Virus record (IMG/VR): IMGVR_UViG_3300010342_001360
Coordinates: 1 to 25,576 of that record
Direction: 5' to 3' (one strand)
Length of the DNA: 25,576 nucleotides
DNA from: a virus
The notes below the pieces were generated by a model. It was given only the letters and a program-made list of their open reading frames with translations, was not told where the DNA came from and made no database searches. Shown in pieces: positions 6,106 to 12,626 of this stretch; positions within the stretch are counted from its first letter, which is position 1, and every line of letters begins with the position of its first letter. A program made the translations under genes and the position numbers.

Positions 6106-6149
6106 CTCTACAATTACAAACAAACGATCTTTCATATTTTGATTTATAC

Positions 6150-6594
6150 GCCCCGTCCCACCGGCTACAAGAAAGGATGGCTCTATCATAATAGTGATCA
6201 TAAAGGGTAGATGCGCGGTGAAAGTCCGCGATGGGGTAGTCCTAAGGATACTCCTTCAGAAGGAGGTCCGAAGATGCCTGCCGACCAGAGCATGAGATGG
6301 TCCTCACCTATGAGCAAATAGGGGTTTTTTACGTTCTCGTTTTATCCTAAGAAAATGAGAGTACCGCTTCCACAGCGTGATAGGGGTCTGGCCACGAGAC
6401 TGATGCGGTGGTAGGGTTTTTACGTTTCTGATTTTTCAGCTTGGGGATTTTAAACCTTTCCCCTAAACAAAATCGGTGTACTGCAAGGTTCCGGCATATT
6501 GGACCTTTCGGCTAGCTTCAGTCAATGTAGGAATGGCATCCGTGAGCAAGAGCAACCAGCGCAAGGTTCTCGGGGGGGAAGATTAAACTTCCCC
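6150..6594 (+). ncRNA. Large ornate structured ncRNA candidate (~445 nt; GOLLD/ROOL-like context)
   Basis: GC-richer, no ORF, own promoter and terminator, many hairpins, and two repeated GGGTTTTTACGTT-hairpin-GTACYGC modules. Confidence 0.6.
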
Positions 6595-6605
6595 TTTTCT
6601 TTTTT
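6575..6605 (+). terminator. Intrinsic terminator
   Basis: GGGGAAG-ATTAAA-CTTCCCC followed by TTTTCTTTTTT. Confidence 0.75.
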
Positions 6606-6662
6606 ATCGTTCTTCGAATATTTGTCATAATCTAGGGCGTTTGCGAAGATATATAAACTAAA

Positions 6663-7292
6663 ATGTATATTTGCAAATGCGGGAGGAAATTTGAAAAACA
6701 AAATTCTTTAAATGCCCATTTTTCTCATTGTTTAATTCATAGAAATGGAAAAATTCCTATAAATCGTTTTAAGGGAAGGGAAAATTGGAATAAGGGGCTT
6801 AAAAAAGAAACTGATGAAAGAGTTCAAAAATATTCGAAATCATTAAAGGATTCTTTAAATAGTGGAAAGGTTATTCCGAGTTTTTTTGGGAAACATCATT
6901 CAAATAAAACCAAAGAAAAGCTTAGTTTAATTCAAAGCACTTCTCATAAAGGGGGATACTGCAAATGGATTCCATACCAAAAGGGGGATAAAATAATTTA
7001 TCTTCAAGGATCCTGGGAATTTAAATATGCCCAATATTTGGACTCATTAAATTTGAAATGGATTAAACCCGGGAACGGAGATTTAAAATATTCTTTTTTC
7101 TGGATGGATGACTTGGGAATTAAAAGAATTTATACCCCGGATTTTTATATCATAGATTATAATCAATATATTGAAATAAAAGGATATTGGAGAGAAAATG
7201 ATAGAATTAAAATGAAAAAAGTCCTTGAACAAAATAAAATATCTCTTCAAATTCTTGAAAAGAAAGATTTAAAAAATCTTAATTTATTGTAA
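6663..7292 (+). CDS. PD-(D/E)XK-type free-standing endonuclease with N-terminal Zn-finger-like and NUMOD3-like segments
   Basis: CKCG..HFSHC, FFGKHHSNKTKEKLS, SWE..YA, YTPDFYI...YIEIKGYW. Confidence 0.72.
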   Translation: MYICKCGRKFEKQNSLNAHFSHCLIHRNGKIPINRFKGRENWNKGLKKETDERVQKYSKSLKDSLNSGKVIPSFFGKHHSNKTKEKLSLIQSTSHKGGYCKWIPYQKGDKIIYLQGSWEFKYAQYLDSLNLKWIKPGNGDLKYSFFWMDDLGIKRIYTPDFYIIDYNQYIEIKGYWRENDRIKMKKVLEQNKISLQILEKKDLKNLNLL

Positions 7293-7294
7293 TC

Positions 7295-7381
7295 GCCCTC
7301 GTGATGGAAATGGGTAGACATACCAACCTCAAAAGTTGGTGCTTATAAAATAGCGTGTGGGCTCGAGTCCCACCGAGGGCA
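7295..7381 (+). tRNA. trnL: tRNA-Leu(CAA), T loop CTCGAGT
   Basis: Acceptor GCCCTCG/CGAGGGC, anticodon arm CCAAC-CTCAAAA-GTTGG, long variable arm. Confidence 0.9.
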
Positions 7382-7578
7382 CGACAGTGACAACAGGTTC
7401 CAGCCTGGTGCAAAATTGACTATAATAATAGGATGATGAGATTAATCTGGACGTATCATCCTTGCCACTGTTTCTTTTTATAACCAACATGTCCTTAATC
7501 TTTTAACCTACATTTAACAAAACTTATTTTCGTTTATAAGAAGATGAAGGGGACTTCAAAAACTGAATAATTGATTAA

Positions 7579-7613
7579 GAAGGGGCTATCGTCAATTTAG
7601 CCCCTTCTTTTTT
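7579..7613 (+). terminator. Intrinsic terminator
   Basis: GAAGGGGCT...AGCCCCTTC followed by TTTTTT. Confidence 0.75.
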
Positions 7614-7705
7614 ATTTTATGACATTTTGTCGATAAATAAGGATCGGCATAATTATCGGAAGATATATATTATTTAAGGGATATTTTTAATTAAAAAACA
7701 AAATT

Positions 7706-8080
7706 ATGAAAAAACCATTTTATTACTAGATTCATTCAAAACTTATCGTCATTACAAGACGAGATTTAGCCCCAGGAATTCAGGCTGTACAAGCTGCTCA
7801 TGCGGCAATTGATTTCCAGCATCAACATTCTTCTATTGCTCGAGAATGGAATATAAATTCCAATTATCTCATTTTCTTATCTGTACAAGACGAGCAAGAA
7901 CTCAAAAGATTTATTCAAAAATTTCAGATTTATGGTCTTAACCATACAGTCTTTGCTGAACCCGATTTAGATAATCAGGTTACTGCTGTTTGTGTTGAAC
8001 CATCTGAAAGAACTATGAAATTATGTTCTCATTTACCTTTGGCACTCCGTGAATTTAACGGGTCTTTAACGCAAGGGTAA
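7706..8080 (+). CDS. Pth2-superfamily (peptidyl-tRNA hydrolase-like) protein with in-frame TAG at codon 8 (missed by the ORF track)
   Basis: Translates as MKKPFYY*IHSKLIVITRRDLAPGIQAVQAAHAAIDF...YLIFLSV...FAEPDLDNQVTAVCVEP...LCSHLPLAL. TAG at 7727-7729. The V.R.DL..G..A.Q.AHA and EPDL...TAV motifs are intact. Confidence 0.8.
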
Positions 8081-8118
8081 TGAGATTTTTTGTATATTTA
8101 AATTAAAATTTTTGAACT

Positions 8119-8148
8119 ATGGAACACTAGATTATTAGACCGCCTTAA
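8119..8148 (+). CDS. Amber-interrupted micro-ORF MEH*IIRPP-stop (putative leader peptide)
   Basis: ATG GAA CAC TAG ATT ATT AGA CCG CCT TAA, downstream of a TATATTTA box (8093-8100) and an A/T-rich leader. Confidence 0.45.
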
Positions 8149-8150
8149 CC

Positions 8151-8222
8151 ATGAATTATTTTATTTAGACATTAAATGGACATAAAATATGGACATTTGG
8201 ACATCAATCAGGTCAACTTTAA
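8151..8222 (+). CDS. Amber-interrupted micro-ORF MNYFI*TLNGHKIWTFGHQSGQL
   Basis: ATG 2 nt after the previous stop, TAG at 8166-8168, internal repeat I*T..GH / IWTFGH. Confidence 0.4.
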
Positions 8223-8249
8223 TTTTTTAACTCAAATAAAATAATAATC

Positions 8250-8582
8250 ATGGAAACTTTAACTATCAATAAAATTGCAATTAACGCTTTAAAAAGCGAT
8301 ATTAAAAAACTTTCTGAAGAGCAGAAATTTTTAAGAAATCAGAGAAAGACAGTTTACATCAAAGGGGAAAGAACAATGGAACCTTGGGTAGCTGCCATGA
8401 AACACAGGGCTAACAGAGAAAAATTAAGAATCATGTTTGCTGCTTATGGTTTAATGAGAGGAAAATCTTTAGAACAAATTGAACTAAAGTCATCTAAGGA
8501 AAACTCTATTAAAAACTTTCTACCTCAGGTAAGTAAAACTATTGAAACTTATAACAAATTATCAGATGAGTTACAAAAGTGA
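8250..8582 (+). CDS. Hypothetical phage protein (110 aa, basic, helical)
   Basis: Full ORF with A-rich leader. No function recognised. Confidence 0.8.
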   Translation: METLTINKIAINALKSDIKKLSEEQKFLRNQRKTVYIKGERTMEPWVAAMKHRANREKLRIMFAAYGLMRGKSLEQIELKSSKENSIKNFLPQVSKTIETYNKLSDELQK

Positions 8583-8730
8583 TTTCAAAAAAAGGGAGCT
8601 CGAACAAGAGCTTGCAGAGGAAGAGCGAGAAATCCTTGAAGAAGAAAAAAAGTTAACTACGGAAGAACTTCGTAAAAAAAGGCGTCAGGAGATAGAGGAT
8701 GAAATACGGAGAGAACAGGCCGGATGGTAA
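8566..8730 (+). CDS. Small highly charged hypothetical protein (54 aa)
   Basis: ATG 8566 overlaps the upstream gene end. E/K/R-rich, coiled-coil-like. Confidence 0.6.
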   Translation: MSYKSDFKKRELEQELAEEEREILEEEKKLTTEELRKKRRQEIEDEIRREQAGW

Positions 8731-8736
8731 TAACAA

Positions 8737-8775
8737 GCATGGACATTATCATAGACACGATGTCCATGCTATTTT
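8737..8775 (+). terminator. Terminator-like or processing hairpin directly before the suppressor tRNA
   Basis: GCATGGACAT/ATGTCCATGC 10-bp stem followed by TATTTT. Confidence 0.5.
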
Positions 8776-8847
8776 GGTTGTGTAGTTCAGTGGTTAGAAC
8801 AGAGGTCTCTAAAACCTTATACGCGGGTTCGACCCCCGCCGCAATCA
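8776..8847 (+). tRNA. Amber suppressor tRNA (anticodon CUA)
   Basis: Acceptor GGTTGTG/CGCAATC plus A73, D arm GTTC-AGTGGTTA-GAAC, anticodon arm GAGGT-CT-CTA-AA-ACCTT (anticodon 8809-8811), T arm GCGGG-TTCGACC-CCCGC. Confidence 0.92.
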
Positions 8848-8913
8848 CAATTTTTTATTAAAACTTCAATAAAATAAGCCATACAAAGAATAAATAAAAT
8901 AAATAAACTACGT

Positions 8914-9261
8914 ATGGAATATTTAACTACTGAAACTTTCAAAGAGAAAGTTTTTAATTTTGAAAGCGAATCCGAATTTAAGGTAACAAAACCCACAATA
9001 ATTGATTTTTATGCTGATTGGTGCGGCCCTTGCAAGACTATTGCTCCAATATTAGAAGATCTATCTAAAGAATTTGAAGGAAAAGTAGACATCTATAAAG
9101 TAAATGTAGATGAGAGTCATGAATTAGCTGGTGCATTTAATATTAGAAGCATACCTGCCCTTCTTTTTGTTCCTATAGAAGGTAAAGCTCAAATGATGGC
9201 AGGGGCCCTTCCTAAAACTTCTTTTAAGAAAGCCATTAAAGATATTTTTCACATTGAATAA
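8914..9261 (+). CDS. trxA: Thioredoxin
   Basis: IDFYADWCGPCK, KVNVDE, IRSIPAL. Confidence 0.95.
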   Translation: MEYLTTETFKEKVFNFESESEFKVTKPTIIDFYADWCGPCKTIAPILEDLSKEFEGKVDIYKVNVDESHELAGAFNIRSIPALLFVPIEGKAQMMAGALPKTSFKKAIKDIFHIE

Positions 9262-9467
9262 TGTCTATCTTTGAAAAAATATTAAAACCCTCTGGATCAG
9301 AAAAATTCTGGCAGGAGATGTCTTTAGAAGATCGAAGAAGACTTCTTGAATCCCATAATCTTTGGCAGGGGGCTAACACATATTTTTGGCAATATTTGCC
9401 TAAGGAAATTAGGGATCGAGTTGAAGAAGAATATCAAAAACTCGTCGATAAGTCCAGATTTGAATAA
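9261..9467 (+). CDS. Hypothetical protein
   Basis: TAATG overlap with thioredoxin. Confidence 0.7.
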   Translation: MSIFEKILKPSGSEKFWQEMSLEDRRRLLESHNLWQGANTYFWQYLPKEIRDRVEEEYQKLVDKSRFE

Positions 9468-9512
9468 AATTAGATTTTATATATAATTAAAATTTAACAA
9501 TTTTTTAACAAG

Positions 9513-9549
9513 AAAATATTTTTTTCTATAGAACTTTTGGTTACATTTG
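9513..9549 (+). promoter_or_regulatory. Bipartite promoter for the Y-like RNA/Ro60 unit
   Basis: AAAATATTTTTTT...TACATTTG(CTCTA). Shares TTTAACAAGAAA and GCTCTA flanks with the promoter at 6069-6105. Confidence 0.6.
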
Positions 9550-9577
9550 CTCTATAGAAACTAACAAAGAATTTTTA

Positions 9578-9641
9578 GTTGTAGTAAGAAAAGAGTTACT
9601 TCGATGGCAATTTGAAAAACGCTCTTTTCAGGTTTCTCAAC
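9578..9641 (+). ncRNA. Y-RNA-like element, copy 4 (minimal, no tRNA module), upstream of Ro60
   Basis: GTTG/CAAC and a perfect GAAAAGAG/CTCTTTTC helix with the shared GTAGTAA and AGAGTTACTTCG motifs. Confidence 0.7.
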
Positions 9642-9679
9642 ATTAATTTGCATACTTTTTTAATTTTTAATTTATATGC

Positions 9680-9715
9680 AAGCCCGAGAAACCCTTAGTT
9701 GATCGGGCTTTTTTT
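9680..9715 (+). terminator. Intrinsic terminator
   Basis: AAGCCCGA...TCGGGCTT followed by TTTTT. Confidence 0.75.
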
Positions 9716-9735
9716 GTTAACTTAAAAAGAATAAA

Positions 9736-9867
9736 ATGACAAACGAAATGACCGAGGAACATAAAAAAGCTATTAGCGAAGCAAATAGGGGGAAAACAAA
9801 AAGAAGAAACCCAATGACAGAAGAACATAAAAAAGCTATCAGCAAAGCAAAATTAAAAACCAAATAA
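9736..9867 (+). CDS. 43-aa protein made of two NUMOD3-like repeats (possible endonuclease remnant; missed by the track)
   Basis: MTNEMTEEHKKAISEANRGKTKRRNPMTEEHKKAISKAKLKTK. Confidence 0.55.
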   Translation: MTNEMTEEHKKAISEANRGKTKRRNPMTEEHKKAISKAKLKTK

Positions 9868-9877
9868 TTCTTTATAT

Positions 9878-9907
9878 TTAAACTTAAACTTAAACTTAAA
9901 CTTAAAT
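9878..9907 (+). repeat. Hexamer tandem repeat (TTAAAC)x4 + TTAAAT
   Basis: Seen directly in the Ro60 leader. Confidence 0.85.
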
Positions 9908-9917
9908 TTAATAGTAA

Positions 9918-11618
9918 ATGGCTAAGTACAACACCAAGAGGGAAATTTCTCTCGCAGACCAGAAGAGCGGAGTTGAAAAGACTACTACTCACCAGGGCGG
10001 ACAGGGTTACACCCAGCGTCCAGAAGCGGAACTTATCGGTATCCTCGCAACGGGTATGGGTAACAACTTTTACGAAAAGGAAACTGAACGTGAAAAGAGG
10101 TTCCGTGATGTTCTCGACAAGGTTGCAAAGGTTAACAAGCTTTTCGCAGCTAAGGCACTTATTTACGCTCGTACTATTTTTGGACAGCGTTCCGTTACTC
10201 ACTTCGGTGCAGTTGAAATGATTCCTCACCTTCAGGGGGACCCACTTGCTAAGAAGTTCTTCACCAAGAGGGACAAGAAAGCAGAACGTGGCGGAATTAT
10301 CTGGAGGCTTGACGATATGGCTGAAATCCTTGCAGCATATTTTGCAAAGAATGGCCAGGAAGCATCTCTTCCTAACTCCCTCAAGAAGGGATTCAAGGAT
10401 GCTCTTGAACATGCTGACACTTACGAACTTGCTAAGTACCAGATGAAGAATAGGGGTGTATCACTTGTTGACATTGTCAACCTTGTTCACCCAGTTGAAA
10501 CTCCTAAGAATGGTTTCATCTATATTCCTGAACAGGATTACCTCAAGGCAACTGCTGGAACAAAGTTCGTTGGCAAGGAATACCAGAAGAACGAAAAGGG
10601 CGAAGTCCAGGTTCCTGCACTCCGTGCTCTCGTACTCGGAATTCTTAAGCAGTTCAACACCGTTGAAGATAAGAATACTGAAGCTGGTAAGGTTGTAGCT
10701 GAAAAGGTTAAGAGCGGAGAAATCACTCAGGAACAGGCAGCAGCTCAGCTTAACGAAGCTAAGACTGAAAACTACAAGGAACTCATCGAAACCAAGAAGA
10801 TTGGTTACCTTGCACTTCTTCGTAACATCAGGAATATTCTTAAGACTAACGATACAGTTCTCCTTGACAAGGCGTGCGAACTTCTTGTCGACCAGAATTT
10901 CATCCGCAAGTCACTTGTTTGGCCTCACCAGATTGACCTTGCTCTCGAAGTAATGTTAATCGAATTCAATGGTCGTCAGCTCCAGAAGATTGCAGCAGCT
11001 CTCGATGAAGCTTATGAAAAGTCAATCCCTAACCTTTCTCAGCTTCTTCCAGAAGGAAAGACTGCAGTTGTCTTTGACACTTCAGGTTCTATGGAAGGCG
11101 GATGGGGCGGTGGAATCAAGATTGATGGCAAGCCAAGCAACTCTCGCCCAGTTGATAAGGCAGCTCTTATCGCAGCAACTTTTGCTAAGGGTACCGGCGG
11201 AGACGTCTACCATTTCGGCTCAACTTGCTCGGTTATTAAGGGATGGAATCCAAATGATGCCATCAACACTCTTAAGAAGAGTTTTGCTCGTCATATCGGA
11301 GAATGCGGTCATGGTACTGTTTATTCATCTATTCTTCCTGAACTCGAAAGAGTTGGAGGTGGATACGACAGGATTCTTATCATCACCGACGAACAGGGTG
11401 CAGATTCTTTCGAAGATACCTACAAGAGGTATTCTGGAAAGTATGGAACTCCATACGTTTACTTCATTAACATTGTAGGCTACGGCCCAACAATGGCTAA
11501 GGCTGGAAACAAGGTATTCCGTCTCTTCGGATACTCTGCAGACATCTATGAAAAGATACCTCACTTGGAAATGAACATCAACGAAGTTATCGATGCAATT
11601 AACCGTATCGAAATCTAA
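9918..11618 (+). CDS. rsr: Ro60/Rsr-like RNA-binding protein (TROVE domain + vWA domain)
   Basis: TTHQGGQGY, FYE, KALIYAR...RSVTH, YELAKYQ, DIVNLVHP, YLALLRNIRNI, MIDAS DTSGS, ILIITDEQ, FGYS. Confidence 0.92.
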   Translation: MAKYNTKREISLADQKSGVEKTTTHQGGQGYTQRPEAELIGILATGMGNNFYEKETEREKRFRDVLDKVAKVNKLFAAKALIYARTIFGQRSVTHFGAVEMIPHLQGDPLAKKFFTKRDKKAERGGIIWRLDDMAEILAAYFAKNGQEASLPNSLKKGFKDALEHADTYELAKYQMKNRGVSLVDIVNLVHPVETPKNGFIYIPEQDYLKATAGTKFVGKEYQKNEKGEVQVPALRALVLGILKQFNTVEDKNTEAGKVVAEKVKSGEITQEQAAAQLNEAKTENYKELIETKKIGYLALLRNIRNILKTNDTVLLDKACELLVDQNFIRKSLVWPHQIDLALEVMLIEFNGRQLQKIAAALDEAYEKSIPNLSQLLPEGKTAVVFDTSGSMEGGWGGGIKIDGKPSNSRPVDKAALIAATFAKGTGGDVYHFGSTCSVIKGWNPNDAINTLKKSFARHIGECGHGTVYSSILPELERVGGGYDRILIITDEQGADSFEDTYKRYSGKYGTPYVYFINIVGYGPTMAKAGNKVFRLFGYSADIYEKIPHLEMNINEVIDAINRIEI

Positions 11619-11630
11619 CATGGATACTAA

Positions 11631-11658
11631 GGACCCCGGGAAATCCGGGATCCTTTTT
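11631..11658 (+). terminator. Intrinsic terminator
   Basis: GGACCCCGG-GAAAT-CCGGGATCC followed by TTTTT. Confidence 0.7.
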
Positions 11659-11709
11659 ATTATCAATTAAGCAAGGTAAAGTATGATATAAGATAAATAT
11701 AATCATACT

Positions 11710-12351
11710 ATGGAAAAAAACCCTATTTTTTATATCTACTCTATTACTAATAAAATTCTAAATAAAAAATATATAGGAAGCCGGGTATGTTACAAGGATA
11801 AAATAGAGAATGATAACTATTGGGGCTCAAGTAAATATCTTCAGCGGGATTATAAAATATTCGGAAAAGAAAATTTTATAAAAGAAATAATATCTATTGA
11901 AAGGGATCAAAAAGATTTATTTGAAATAGAAGCTAAATTTATTTTGAAATATAATACTTTAGAACCTAATGGATATAATAGATTTTTGCCGAATAAGAGA
12001 AATGGTTTTTCTACAAGGGGATGCCATCATTCAGAAGAAACCAAACAAAAAATGATTTCATCTTCGATAGGTAAAAATAAAGGGAGGATATTATCGGAAG
12101 AACACAAGCAAAAGATTTCTAAATCATCAATAGGCAAACATATTGGGGAAATAAGGTCGGAAGAAACAAAAAGAAAAATAAGCCAATCTAATAAAGGATT
12201 AAATAAGAATAGACCATGTTCTGAAGAGAAAAAAGAAAAATTAAGGAAAGCATTATTAGGTAAAAATAGAGGAAAAATTCGATCAGACGAGACAAAAGAA
12301 AAAATGAGAATAGCAAAACTGGGAAAAAATAAAAAGGATATACAGGCATAA
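11710..12351 (+). CDS. GIY-YIG homing endonuclease with NUMOD3 repeats
   Basis: YIYSITNKILNKKYIGSR, repeated HSEETKQKM / SEEHKQKIS / SEETKRKIS. Confidence 0.9.
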   Translation: MEKNPIFYIYSITNKILNKKYIGSRVCYKDKIENDNYWGSSKYLQRDYKIFGKENFIKEIISIERDQKDLFEIEAKFILKYNTLEPNGYNRFLPNKRNGFSTRGCHHSEETKQKMISSSIGKNKGRILSEEHKQKISKSSIGKHIGEIRSEETKRKISQSNKGLNKNRPCSEEKKEKLRKALLGKNRGKIRSDETKEKMRIAKLGKNKKDIQA

Positions 12352-12386
12352 GCCTATTATCAATAAATTAATCAATAAATATTATC

Positions 12387-12626
12387 ATGAGTAAAAACGG
12401 AACAGTAAAATTTTTCAACGAGACTAAAGGTTTTGGATTCATCAAAGAAACCGGAACTGGAAAAGAATACTTTGTTCATATTTCTGGCGTTAAGGAAAAC
12501 ACCTTACGAGAAAATGATGAAGTAGAATTTGATCTCGTAGAAGGAAAGAAAGGTTTAAATGCAGTTAATGTCGTACAAAGAAACCGGAACTGGAAAAGAA
12601 TACTTTGTTCATATTTCTGGCGTTAA
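12387..12626 (+). CDS. csp: Cold-shock protein (CSD) with C-terminus altered by tandem duplication
   Basis: GTVKFFNETKGFGFI, YFVHISG, VEFDLVEGKKGLNAVNV. The native end VLV-stop is at 12850. Confidence 0.85.
   Translation: MSKNGTVKFFNETKGFGFIKETGTGKEYFVHISGVKENTLRENDEVEFDLVEGKKGLNAVNVVQRNRNWKRILCSYFWR

Noticed and set aside
6150-6594. RNase P RNA or group II intron (GGTGAAAGTCC motif)
   Set aside because: It lacks the RNase P 3' consensus. It also has no GTGCG 5' end, domain V or interrupted exon, and it has its own terminator.
9973-11478. Alternative-frame ORFs inside Ro60 (9973-10221, 10246-10446, 10456-10698, 10969-11478)
   Set aside because: They are by-products of the biased codon usage of the Ro60 gene.
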